A DNA stretch of 64,000 nucleotides from an uncultured Pseudomonadales bacterium (GCA_964393205.1 CAYMSV010000003.1:34608-98607); one strand, 5' to 3'. Positions 28,090 to 37,161 are shown, counted from the stretch's first letter. Made by a program: numbers and translations. Notes: generated by a model from the sequence alone, not told the origin.

Positions 28090-29187
28090 ATGGAAAATAG
28101 ATATCTTAAACCTAAACAATACTATATTGACCTCTACGATTTATTCACCATAAAAGAATGCCTAGATTGGTATTGGAAACTAAAAGAAGGCATGGAAAAA
28201 CACCGTGATGAACTAAAAGAAAAAGAACCTAAAACAGATTTTGATCATGAAGTTCACAAATGTTGCAGCTATGCAGTTAATGTAATAAAAGGCGAAAGAT
28301 ATCGTAGAAAGGCAGAAACCATTCAAAAATGGATAGATAAAGATAAAAAAAACCAAGACATCTTTGATAAAGCCACTCCCCACTCAGATATTCTCTGCAA
28401 AAAATGTGGAGGTAAGACCAAAATAATCCATAAAACTTTACATAGTGAAGATGAAAACAATCCAAGAATTTCTTTCATGTTTGAGTGTAAGAAATGTAAC
28501 AAAAGACAAATTTTTTATAGTGATGGTTCTCCTTGGGATTTTGAAAGGGAAAAGTGTCCTGACTGTGGAATTGAACTTAAAACAGAGTACGAAGATGATG
28601 AAAAAAATGAAATATTAATTACAACTGATTACTGTCTCAAATGTGATTATAAGAAAGTTGATGTAACTAATTTCAAAAAGAATCGGGAAGAACGAGAAGA
28701 AGAAAAACAAAAAGATGAGGCTTTACTAAAAGAATATCGTGATGAGTTTTGCTGGAATGACAAAGATGGCCAACAATATATAAGCACAATGGAAACTCTA
28801 AAAAACTTATACGAAGAAGCTGAACAACAAAAGAAAAAAGAAAAAGATCCAAATTACCAAAAAACTAAAAAACTAAAGAAACTTAAAATCAATCAACTAA
28901 AAGAACTACTTTCAGAAAAGTTAAATAAGCAAAAATATATTGATCTTCAATTTGGGAAACCAGAAATTGGAAAGTATGTTGTAGTAGATTTTACTGTTAA
29001 TGACACAAACAATGATCGATCTGAATATGATAGTAATAAACAATTAAAAAAACTAATACAGAATACATTAATCAAAACAAATTGGAGATTAATGAGTGAC
29101 GGGATTAGTTATCGCATAGGAATCTTAAGTGGAAGACTTAAGGCTTATGAAAGAGATGATGATTTAATGAAAATTATTAAAAATTAA
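28090..29187 (+). CDS. Hypothetical protein with four CxxC zinc-ribbon pairs and K/E-rich coiled-coil
   Basis: CKKCGG...CKKCNK...CPDCG...CLKCDY. Confidence 0.4.
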   Translation: MENRYLKPKQYYIDLYDLFTIKECLDWYWKLKEGMEKHRDELKEKEPKTDFDHEVHKCCSYAVNVIKGERYRRKAETIQKWIDKDKKNQDIFDKATPHSDILCKKCGGKTKIIHKTLHSEDENNPRISFMFECKKCNKRQIFYSDGSPWDFEREKCPDCGIELKTEYEDDEKNEILITTDYCLKCDYKKVDVTNFKKNREEREEEKQKDEALLKEYRDEFCWNDKDGQQYISTMETLKNLYEEAEQQKKKEKDPNYQKTKKLKKLKINQLKELLSEKLNKQKYIDLQFGKPEIGKYVVVDFTVNDTNNDRSEYDSNKQLKKLIQNTLIKTNWRLMSDGISYRIGILSGRLKAYERDDDLMKIIKN

Positions 29188-29207
29188 TTATTAATATAGA
29201 CAAAAAT

Positions 29208-30587
29208 ATGATAAAAAATAGTTCAAATTTAAAAAAATTATTGCAAAAATTCAAAGAATCTGGTTTTGAATTAATACAATCTAAAGATAAATCATATTTC
29301 TACATAAAAAATGAAAAAGAAGAAGCAAAAATACTAGAAATTAAAGATAGTGAATATATATTACATCTTTTGAAGATAGAGGAAAACAATTCTATTATTT
29401 ATCAAAAGGGTTTTAAATATTTAATTTCTGAAAAGGATTTTGATTTATTATCGATTTTGTACTTCAAAGAAAAAAAATATCAACTATCAGCTGGATGGCA
29501 ATTCAGAAGAATAAATAATCTTGGAGAGGATATTGAAAAATTAATTATTAAACAAAAATATAAACAAAAAAGAATTAACAAAAAAGGTAAAAGTCTAACA
29601 ATTTCTCCAAATATATACTCACTTATCCTTAAAGATATATGGCGTGCTGAAGATAAATCAAGAAAATATAAATCATCAGTACGAAATTATCTTTTAAATG
29701 ACCTAACTGGAGAATACTCTTCAAAAAAAATTAAAGATACTACTTCATTAAACAAAGGTGAATATGAATTCATAACACATAGATTTAATTTAAAAACAAA
29801 AAATAAACGTAAAGACTATCTTAAATACTTAAACAAAAATGACATCAATTCTCTACAATATTTATTTCTAAAAATGGTTAAAAATAAAGTTTTTGATGAC
29901 AAATATTTAAAGAAACTAAATAACTTTTTCAAAAAAGAAAATCTTAGAGAAATCATAAGTCTAGGAAATGAGATATTAAGTTTAGGTGTTACAGATTTAA
30001 GTACAAAAAAAGCAAAAGCCACAGTAAAAAAAATTACTGAAAAAAAAGTTGCAAAGCTTGAAGGTCTTTGGCAAGAATATTTTGAACAATATTTGTTATT
30101 ATTAATATTTTCTTACAAATCAATTCATCCAAAAATCAAACTAAATAATATTGATTCAGATAAAAACTATCCAGATTTCATTGGAATAAATCATTATAAT
30201 GGCTTAGATGTTATAGAGATAAAAACTCATTTAAAAAAAGCACTAACTTATGATTCGAGTCACGATAATTTTAGTTTTTCCTCTGAATTGAGCAAAGCTA
30301 TTATACAAACAACAAATTACATGGATCAAATAGTTGCAGAAAATTTCAAGAAAAGTTCTGATAAAACAAAAATAACTTCATCAATTCATGAAGAAAATTT
30401 ACATAGACCTAGAGGAATAATCATTATCTCATCTTATGAACATCTAACAACTGACATGTCATCAAGAAATAAGGATAAACTAACTAGAGATTTCACCAAA
30501 CTTAGAAATAGTCTACATAATATACAAATTCTAACCTTTGATGAAATACTTAATACAGCAAGTGACTATCTAGATAATGTTGTATAA
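29208..30587 (+). CDS. Hypothetical protein with C-terminal PD-(D/E)xK nuclease-like motif (Shedu/DUF4263-like candidate)
   Basis: C-terminal NYPDFIGINHYNGLDVIEIKTHLKK...AIIQTTNY resembles D...(D/E)xK...Q restriction-endonuclease fold. Confidence 0.35.
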   Translation: MIKNSSNLKKLLQKFKESGFELIQSKDKSYFYIKNEKEEAKILEIKDSEYILHLLKIEENNSIIYQKGFKYLISEKDFDLLSILYFKEKKYQLSAGWQFRRINNLGEDIEKLIIKQKYKQKRINKKGKSLTISPNIYSLILKDIWRAEDKSRKYKSSVRNYLLNDLTGEYSSKKIKDTTSLNKGEYEFITHRFNLKTKNKRKDYLKYLNKNDINSLQYLFLKMVKNKVFDDKYLKKLNNFFKKENLREIISLGNEILSLGVTDLSTKKAKATVKKITEKKVAKLEGLWQEYFEQYLLLLIFSYKSIHPKIKLNNIDSDKNYPDFIGINHYNGLDVIEIKTHLKKALTYDSSHDNFSFSSELSKAIIQTTNYMDQIVAENFKKSSDKTKITSSIHEENLHRPRGIIIISSYEHLTTDMSSRNKDKLTRDFTKLRNSLHNIQILTFDEILNTASDYLDNVV

Positions 30588-30611
30588 ATAAACTATATAA
30601 AATATATATTT

Positions 30612-30794
30612 ATGATAAAACCAATAAAAGTTGATGCACTGAATATGACAAATCATGCATATTTTGAATGCAAAAATTGCAATCTAAAAAGTGAGATGTT
30701 CTTAAAAAATAAAATTAGTGTTGATGAGAAAAATGATACTCAATATTTAAATACAATGCCATGTCCTAATTGCAATAAAAAGCTTGGCAAATAG
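30612..30794 (+). CDS. Small zinc-ribbon protein (60 aa)
   Basis: CKNCN...CPNCNKK. Confidence 0.3.
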   Translation: MIKPIKVDALNMTNHAYFECKNCNLKSEMFLKNKISVDEKNDTQYLNTMPCPNCNKKLGK

Positions 30795-30811
30795 TCTATA
30801 TTGTTCATGGC

Positions 30812-31681
30812 TTAATTTAAATCTTCTGGTAAGAGGCTATCAATATGCCACTCATCATTAAATAAAGCAGAATTATTTTCATTAATTCTTGAAATATCTC
30901 TATCTCCATAACTATCTTTAGTTTTTTCAAAACGACTAATTCCAAAATTAATTGCTAAAACTTCGGCAGATTTTGCTGTATTTGATAACCCAAGTTTTAT
31001 TAACTCCTCAGAACTAATCCACAAATAATATTCATGAAATTGATTTTTTTCACCAAATTGATTTGTAACCCAGAAACCACCTTGCTTACTCTTAAAACGC
31101 AAGCTAACTCGCCATGCCTTTTGAGAACTAGAGTAAGGACATGAATGTTCTGCCACTATCATGAGTCCTGGAATTAATATTTTTGAATACTTTTCTTCCC
31201 ACCAATCAGGATTTTCTATTAAACAAAATTGTTCATTTACCATTTCAAATGTAAATCTCTCTCCATCGCTAGGATTGCTACTATCAATTGTTTCTTTGAT
31301 TTTTTCTATGGCTAACTTTTCAATTTCTTCCTTTTTTAAATGATGGGAATTTAGTATGGAGATAAAAAAGATAAAACCAATAAAATCATCTTCACTTTTT
31401 TTAACAATAAATCTTGCCATTCTTTCAAAACTAGCACTTAGAGTGACAACTCCTTTCAAATCCCAATAAATTTTATAACCATGATGATTAATAGGAGTAT
31501 CATATTCCCCTAATTTTTTATTTTCCAAAAAATTCAATATTACTTTTAATTCATACCTTCGATCACCTCTGTCATTAACTCTTACAGAATTTAAAGTCCC
31601 ATTTCTATCCCAACGTCTTAAAGTTTCAGGGTGAATATTTAACATTTCTGCTGCTTCACTTATGGTAAGTAAGTTTTTCAT
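30812..31681 (-). CDS. Excisionase/MerR-family HTH protein with C-terminal unknown domain
   Basis: LTISEAAEMLNIHPETLRRWDRNGTLNSVRVNDRGDRRYE (HTH_17 excisionase-type). Confidence 0.55.
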   Translation of the reverse strand: MKNLLTISEAAEMLNIHPETLRRWDRNGTLNSVRVNDRGDRRYELKVILNFLENKKLGEYDTPINHHGYKIYWDLKGVVTLSASFERMARFIVKKSEDDFIGFIFFISILNSHHLKKEEIEKLAIEKIKETIDSSNPSDGERFTFEMVNEQFCLIENPDWWEEKYSKILIPGLMIVAEHSCPYSSSQKAWRVSLRFKSKQGGFWVTNQFGEKNQFHEYYLWISSEELIKLGLSNTAKSAEVLAINFGISRFEKTKDSYGDRDISRINENNSALFNDEWHIDSLLPEDLN

Positions 31682-31790
31682 AACTTATACTAAGTTATAC
31701 TTAATTAAACAAAATGTCAAGAGATAAAAAAGCACAACATTTTTTTAAACTGTCTCATTTGTCTTGTTTCTGTTATAAACATAATTAGAG

Positions 31791-31896
31791 GTCTCTATAG
31801 TTCAATGGATAGAATAGAGTCTTGCTTAAGATCATAAGCTTATCAGTTTGTGTTTTTAACAAGACTAAGATGGTGGTTCAATTCCACCTAGAGATA
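31791..31896 (+). tRNA. tRNA-like gene with aberrant 50-nt anticodon region (pseudo-tRNA or insertion/intron-containing tRNA)
   Basis: Acceptor GTCTCTA/TAGAGAT (G1-U72), D-arm TAGTTCAATGGATAGAAT, T-arm GGTGGTTCAATTCCACC; 7-bp stem AGTCTTG/CAAGACT encloses 35 nt. Confidence 0.4.
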
Positions 31897-31916
31897 CAAA
31901 TGTTATAACGATATAT

Positions 31917-31949
31917 GAGTTCCAGACCCATATGCTCCGCCATTTTAAT
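31917..31949 (+). repeat. Direct repeat R2 (candidate att core)
   Basis: See R1. Confidence 0.6.
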
Positions 31950-32011
31950 GTGTTTTAACAAGCCATGCAGTCATTTGTTCACTTTCCATCAATGCGTGGT
32001 ATCATTTCTTA

Positions 32012-32419
32012 ATGAGCGATAAACAATTATCTTTAATAGCTCCTTGTGGCATGAATTGTTCTTTGTGCTTAGCGTATCAAAGAGAGAAAAATCACTGCAA
32101 TGGCTGTAGAAATGAACAAAACATCAAAACCAAAACTAAGAGATTTGACAATTGCATTATTAAAAATTGTAAACTATTAAAAAACACAAAATCTGGATTT
32201 TGTTATGACTGTGATAAATTCCCATGCACCAGATTAAAACAGTTAGGTAAAAGATATAAAAATAAATATAATATGAGTATGTTAGATAATTTAGACTATA
32301 TAAAAGAAAAAGGAATTAAAGAATTTGTTGAGAAAGAAAATCTTAAATGGCAATGCTCTAAATGCAATGGATTAATGTGTGTACACAGAGAACATTGTTT
32401 AAATTGTAAGAAAAAATAA
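32012..32419 (+). CDS. Cys-rich DUF3795-like protein
   Basis: LIAPCGMNCSLCLAYQ...CNGCR pattern. Confidence 0.45.
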   Translation: MSDKQLSLIAPCGMNCSLCLAYQREKNHCNGCRNEQNIKTKTKRFDNCIIKNCKLLKNTKSGFCYDCDKFPCTRLKQLGKRYKNKYNMSMLDNLDYIKEKGIKEFVEKENLKWQCSKCNGLMCVHREHCLNCKKK

Positions 32420-32421
32420 GT

Positions 32422-32748
32422 ATGACCGTAGACGAATATTATAATAAACAGAAATCTCCTCAAAAAGAAATATGCTTGAAGTTGAGAGAAATAATTAAAA
32501 AGAAATATCCACAATATAAAGAAAGTATGTTGTGGGGAGTTCCGGTTTTTAATAACGGCTTGTTCTATATTGTATCTCTAAAAAATCATGTTAATTTAGG
32601 TTTTACTATTTCTAAGCTTACTAAAGAAGAAGAAAAATTATTTCAAGGAGGGGGTAAAACTACCAGAAAGATTGAAATAGAGAGTTTAGATCAAATAAAT
32701 AAAGCAAAAATATTAGAATTAATAGATTTTGTTATTAAAAAAACTTAA
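32422..32748 (+). CDS. DUF1801 (YdhG-like) family protein
   Basis: 108 aa; KEICLKLREIIKK...YKESMLWGVPVF. Confidence 0.4.
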   Translation: MTVDEYYNKQKSPQKEICLKLREIIKKKYPQYKESMLWGVPVFNNGLFYIVSLKNHVNLGFTISKLTKEEEKLFQGGGKTTRKIEIESLDQINKAKILELIDFVIKKT

Positions 32749-32768
32749 AAGGGAACTGTGGTTCCAGG

Positions 32769-32801
32769 CCCAGATGCTCCGCCATTAAAATATTACTTAA
32801 C
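32769..32801 (+). repeat. Direct repeat R3 (third copy of att-like core)
   Basis: TGGTTCCAGGCCCAGATGCTCCGCCATTAAAAT. Confidence 0.6.
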
Positions 32802-32932
32802 AAAAACACATTTGACAAAAAAATTCTTCCCTGCTAGGATTTCAATGATGAAATTTAATTATAAGCGAATCGGTTTAAATTGGTGGACTACCTCTTTTTG
32901 GCGGTAGTTCTTGTTGTATTTAAGAAGTGAAA

Positions 32933-32957
32933 ACACCGCCACATGGGCGGTTTTTTT
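32933..32957 (+). terminator. Rho-independent terminator
   Basis: CACCGCC-ACAT-GGGCGG followed by TTTTTTT. Confidence 0.7.
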
Positions 32958-33007
32958 ATGCAAAAACCGAAAATGTAAATATATTAATAAACTTTAAAGA
33001 AAGAAAC

Positions 33008-34228
33008 ATGAAAAAAAATAAAATTAGAAAAAAATATTATCAGGCATTACCAAACAAAACAGGTTTTTTTGGTGAGTATGGTGGTCAATTTGTTCCTCCA
33101 CAATTAAAAGTAGCCCTAGAAGAAGTTGCTGCAGCTTATGAAGTGGCAAAGAAAGATCCTGTATTTCAAAAAGAATATAAGACTCTTTTAACAGACTACG
33201 TAGGCAGGCTATCCCCCCTTTTTTATGCTAAAAATTTAACAGAAAAATTGGGTGGCGCAAAAATTTATTTAAAAAGAGAGGACCTCAATCACACGGGTGC
33301 GCATAAAATTAATCACACCTTGGGTGAGGCGCTGTTGGCTAAAAAAATGGCTAAGAAAAAACTACTAGCAGAAACGGGGGCTGGTCAACATGGTGTAGCT
33401 CTTGCTACCGCCGCAGCATTGGTGGGACTTGAATGCGAAATTCATATGGGTGAAATTGATGTTTTAAAACAACATCCTAATGTTTTACGCATGCAACTGC
33501 TTGGTGCCAAGGTGATCACTGTTAAAAGCGGTGGGAGGTGTTTAAAAGACGCTGTTGATAGTGCTTTTGCCGCCTACCTCAAAGATTATAAAAATACTTT
33601 TTTTGGCATTGGCTCAGTTGTTGGTCCACATCCTTATCCAATGATGGTGAGAGACTTTCAATCAATTGTAGGAAAAGAAGTTCGCCAGCAAATCATAAGT
33701 AGCGAAAATAGACTACCAGATTATTTAGTAGCGTGTGTAGGTGGTGGTTCTAATGCCATGGGTTTATTTCACGCTTTTCTCAATGATAATCAAGTCAAAA
33801 TGCTGGGTGTTGAACCAGCAGGAAGGAGTTTTAAACCAGGTGATCATGCTGCTACGCTAACGCTCGGTAGACCAGGGACTTTGCATGGAATGTTTACTTA
33901 TCTGCTGCAGGATGACAAAGGTGAACCCTTAGCTGTGCATTCTATTGCTTCTGGTTTAGATTATCCTGGAGTTGGTCCACAACACTCTTATCTTAAAGAT
34001 CAAGAAAGAGTGAATTATGTCACAATTAATGATCAAGAAGCTCTGGCCGCTTTTGAACTCTTAAGTAAGGTTGAGGGTATTATTCCTGCTTTAGAAAGTG
34101 CTCATGCTATTGCTCATGTGTTGAAGTTGGCTCCAACTCTAAGTAGAGACAAAGTTATTGTTGTTAATCTTTCTGGCCGTGGCGATAAGGATGTTGATTA
34201 TGTTGGGGAATTACTTGGATTGAGCTAA
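33008..34228 (+). CDS. trpB: Tryptophan synthase beta chain (stand-alone)
   Basis: [18 protein letters not shown] (PLP lysine), GGGSNA; start ATG 33008 after the terminator rather than track start 32927. Confidence 0.85.
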   Translation: MKKNKIRKKYYQALPNKTGFFGEYGGQFVPPQLKVALEEVAAAYEVAKKDPVFQKEYKTLLTDYVGRLSPLFYAKNLTEKLGGAKIYLKREDLNHTGAHKINHTLGEALLAKKMAKKKLLAETGAGQHGVALATAAALVGLECEIHMGEIDVLKQHPNVLRMQLLGAKVITVKSGGRCLKDAVDSAFAAYLKDYKNTFFGIGSVVGPHPYPMMVRDFQSIVGKEVRQQIISSENRLPDYLVACVGGGSNAMGLFHAFLNDNQVKMLGVEPAGRSFKPGDHAATLTLGRPGTLHGMFTYLLQDDKGEPLAVHSIASGLDYPGVGPQHSYLKDQERVNYVTINDQEALAAFELLSKVEGIIPALESAHAIAHVLKLAPTLSRDKVIVVNLSGRGDKDVDYVGELLGLS

Positions 34229-34236
34229 AATTAGTT

Positions 34237-34277
34237 TGGGCTGCCACGATGTTTTCGTTGCGGCCCAACTTAACACA
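34237..34277. terminator. Imperfect hairpin between convergent genes (bidirectional terminator candidate)
   Basis: GGGCTGCCACG-ATGTTTT-CGTTGCGGCCC. Confidence 0.4.
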
Positions 34278-34283
34278 ATAGCT

Positions 34284-34487
34284 TTAATCAAACCTTTGTT
34301 GACGAAGATCGTTTTCACAAAGTCTAAGCGCTGTATTTAGATCTCTAATGCCAACAATGTTAAAGCCCGCCTTGTTTAGTTGATTGCTTATTTTAGCTAA
34401 TTCTTTATCTCCATTAGCAGTAGCGTATTCATGCTGACCGTTTTTATTTATATAAACTACACATTGATTTGATTGCTCTTTTGTCAT
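34284..34487 (-). CDS. Hypothetical small protein (67 aa)
   Basis: ORF only. Confidence 0.3.
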   Translation of the reverse strand: MTKEQSNQCVVYINKNGQHEYATANGDKELAKISNQLNKAGFNIVGIRDLNTALRLCENDLRQQRFD

Positions 34488-34598
34488 AGTAAGCCGTATT
34501 TTAATACTATTTTCTTATTTTTGTGAAGATTAGCTCATATATTGATATTTTTTTTGCCATGTAAAGAATAATTAATAGCAATTATAATTAATTACAAG

Positions 34599-35498
34599 AT
34601 GAAATTTGGTATTAGTCTCAGTCATCACCAACTAAAAGAACTCAAAATTGATTTAGATTATGCTCTCAATGAAAGCATTAAGCATCAGTTTGCCTATGTC
34701 AGGCTCAGCCTTTATTGGAATGAAATTGAGAAAAATAAAAATATTTATGATTTCTCTATTATAAAGAAAATTTTAGACTTTTACCAAAAAAACCAACAAG
34801 AAATTATTTTAACTGTTGGAGTCAAAGCCCAAAGATGGCCAGAGTATTATTGGCCCGAATACACTGAAAACAAAAATCTTAGTAATCAAAAAACAAAAGA
34901 ATCCCTACTAAAATTTATAGAAACCAGTATTCAAGAATTAAAAGCTTATTCTTGTATTGAGTATTGGCAGTTAGAAAACGAACCCCTAGATCCGAGTGGC
35001 CCACATCAAGACGTTATTCCTTTAAATGTTCTGCAAAAAGAAGCAGCGCTAATCAAAAGACTTGATCAGCGACCGATTATTATTAGTGTCTGGGGAAATG
35101 AAATAATTAAAAGAAATTTGCTAGATCAATTGAGTTCTATCACCGATCATATTGGTTTAGATCTTTATTACAAACTGTTTATTAGAAAAATTTTAAAAAA
35201 ATCAATTTATCTTGGACCACTGCAAAGTAGCAAAGAACTGAAAAAATATCTTGCTAAATTTCCTAAAATCAATTTTTGGATTACTGAACTGCAGGCTGAA
35301 CCATGGGAAAAAGATGCAAAGGCCTATCTCAGTCTTAATCCGAGAAGCATTAGTCCTCAGCAATTATTAAATAATTTTAAAAAAGCCTCGTTATTAGATG
35401 TAGATAAAATTTTGTTTTGGGGGTTTGAGTATTGGCTGTGGAAGAAAATTAAGGGGGATAATAGTTATTTTAAGCTTCTTAAAGAAATAAAAAATTAG
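34599..35498 (+). CDS. Clan GH-A glycoside hydrolase-like (GH5/GH113-type TIM barrel)
   Basis: Acid/base NEP motif (WQLENEPLD) and nucleophile region ITELQAEPW. Confidence 0.45.
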   Translation: MKFGISLSHHQLKELKIDLDYALNESIKHQFAYVRLSLYWNEIEKNKNIYDFSIIKKILDFYQKNQQEIILTVGVKAQRWPEYYWPEYTENKNLSNQKTKESLLKFIETSIQELKAYSCIEYWQLENEPLDPSGPHQDVIPLNVLQKEAALIKRLDQRPIIISVWGNEIIKRNLLDQLSSITDHIGLDLYYKLFIRKILKKSIYLGPLQSSKELKKYLAKFPKINFWITELQAEPWEKDAKAYLSLNPRSISPQQLLNNFKKASLLDVDKILFWGFEYWLWKKIKGDNSYFKLLKEIKN

Positions 35499-35553
35499 TT
35501 GTTTATTTGATCAAGATTGCTTTTTTATTCATCTCAAGCTATAATATCCCATA

Positions 35554-36378
35554 ATGTTAAATAGAAAGACGAGGGCTAGATTTTATCAAAAAGCCCCGGC
35601 TAAATTTTTATTAAAGAAAGCTAAGAGCCTGAGAAAGTTGGCTATTGCTTCTTTTATATTTAGTTTGGTGTTTATGTTTTTAAGCAATCCTTTTCTTACT
35701 CTGGCAAAATTTAAAGATTTACCAAACACACTAAACAGCTCAAAAGCAATCATTGCTAGTATTCCTGAATTTATTAGAGATATACCTCAAGAAGCAGAAA
35801 AAAGTAGCTTTGATTTTTTTGATTGGACAAAGATGCAGTTAGATAATTCTTGGCCAATTTTTGCTAGAGAAACAGTTGAAGAAAATCAAGAGGCTGGTCA
35901 GAGTGCTATCCCTCAAGTTATAGTGGCTCCAGACTACGCCAATTTACCTTTTCATATTGAAATTCCTAGTTTAGAGATTTATGAAGAGGTTCATGCCAAT
36001 ATTAACCCTAATAAACCCTCAGAATATAAGGAAGCTCTAGAAACTGGCGTAGCTCATGCTCGTAATTCAGCTTTTCCTGGACAAGACAAATTAATTTATA
36101 TTTTTGGTCATTCAACCAATGGCTTGTGGAATGTAGAGGCTTACAATGCGGTTTTTTATCAGATTAAGGATTTAGCGCTGGGCGAGCAAATTATTTTACA
36201 TTTAGGTGAAGAGCAGTTCGTTTACCGAGTGAGCGCTCAAGATATTATCCAAAGCAGCGAAGTGGATTTTGTTAATAATCTAAAAGATGAAAACATTTTG
36301 TTATTACAAACCTGTTGGCCTCCGGGCACTACTTGGCAAAGACTTTTTGTCAGTGCGGTGCCAGTGATTATTGAATAA
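35554..36378 (+). CDS. Sortase-family transpeptidase
   Basis: N-terminal TM; His (YIFGHST), catalytic Cys in LLLQTCWPP (TLxTC), downstream Arg (TWQRLFV). Confidence 0.65.
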   Translation: MLNRKTRARFYQKAPAKFLLKKAKSLRKLAIASFIFSLVFMFLSNPFLTLAKFKDLPNTLNSSKAIIASIPEFIRDIPQEAEKSSFDFFDWTKMQLDNSWPIFARETVEENQEAGQSAIPQVIVAPDYANLPFHIEIPSLEIYEEVHANINPNKPSEYKEALETGVAHARNSAFPGQDKLIYIFGHSTNGLWNVEAYNAVFYQIKDLALGEQIILHLGEEQFVYRVSAQDIIQSSEVDFVNNLKDENILLLQTCWPPGTTWQRLFVSAVPVIIE

Positions 36379-36379
36379 T

Positions 36380-36419
36380 ATCCCATAATGTTGACAATAT
36401 AATATTATAAATATATAAT
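36380..36419 (+). promoter_or_regulatory. Sigma70-type promoter with upstream conserved ATCCCATAAT element
   Basis: -35 TTGACA 36391-36396, 17-bp spacer, -10 TATAAT 36414-36419; ATCCCATAAT 36380-36389. Confidence 0.6.
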
Positions 36420-36461
36420 ATATAGTCCAATATATATAAAAGTAGTTTTTTAAAGACTAAT

Positions 36462-37139
36462 ATGAAAAAAATAATTTCTTACCTTTTAATAGCCACTGGC
36501 TTTTTATTGTTTTTCGCAAATCTAGCTAGCGCCAAAGAATGTCGTACTGTTTACGGTGGTGGTGAAGTTTGTGAAACCGGCAGCATTAGTTTAGATAAAA
36601 AGGTTTTTAATCCAAAAGCTGAACAATATTGGGATAATATTGCTGCTAGTTCTTATGCTTTTTCTCCAAAAGAAGAAGTTAAGTTTAGTTTAAGAATCAA
36701 AAATATTTCAGATATTAAAGTTGACAGCGTTCGTTTAGATGACGACTTCGCTCGCTTAATTGATTACATGATTTATGTAAGTAGTGATAAAGGCGATTAT
36801 GAAGTTGAAGTCAAAGATAATGTTATTAAATTTAAGCTTGGTGATTTAGATGGCAAAGAAGAGCTTACAGTTTACTTTACAGCTCGTTTCAAAGACGCAG
36901 ATGAATTACCAGTCGGTACCACTTGTATTACTAATGTAGCTCGCGCTTATTCTGATGAAGATAATTTAAGCGATACCGATTATGCTAGTTTTTGTGTCAA
37001 GACCGATGAGGCTAAAATTGTTACTGAAGTCACTCCAGACACTGGTTTTGATTTAAGCACTATTTTAGCTCTAGAAGCGATGGCTTTAGCTGGTTTAGGT
37101 GCTTTTGCCCTAACTAAGTCAAAGAAAATCAGTAAATAA
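36462..37139 (+). CDS. Sortase substrate: secreted surface protein with C-terminal TPDTG sorting signal
   Basis: Signal peptide; C-terminus VTPDTG + hydrophobic stretch + KSKKISK tail. Confidence 0.55.
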   Translation: MKKIISYLLIATGFLLFFANLASAKECRTVYGGGEVCETGSISLDKKVFNPKAEQYWDNIAASSYAFSPKEEVKFSLRIKNISDIKVDSVRLDDDFARLIDYMIYVSSDKGDYEVEVKDNVIKFKLGDLDGKEELTVYFTARFKDADELPVGTTCITNVARAYSDEDNLSDTDYASFCVKTDEAKIVTEVTPDTGFDLSTILALEAMALAGLGAFALTKSKKISK

Positions 37140-37161
37140 TTAGCATTTTTTAATTGAATTG

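Larger units (their letters stand above)
20481..31949. mobile_element. Prophage-like integrated element (~11.5 kb) bounded by direct repeats
   Basis: Direct repeats tGGTTCCAGACCCAccTGCTCCGCaAT (20481-20510) and GAGTTCCAGACCCAtaTGCTCCGCCATT (31917-31949); inside: large serine recombinase, terminase L/S, ParB-methylase, XRE, excisionase-type HTH protein; tRNA-like gene at right end. Confidence 0.6.

Noticed and set aside
20481-32801. Interpreting the three 30-bp repeats as tRNA or tmRNA 3' ends
   Set aside because: Tried folding as T-arm + acceptor + CCA; no consistent T-stem complementarity, so treated as att-like direct repeats instead
32927-33007. N-terminal 27-aa extension of the trpB ORF
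   Set aside because: It overlaps a rho-independent terminator (32933-32957); ATG at 33008 gives a normal TrpB N-terminus
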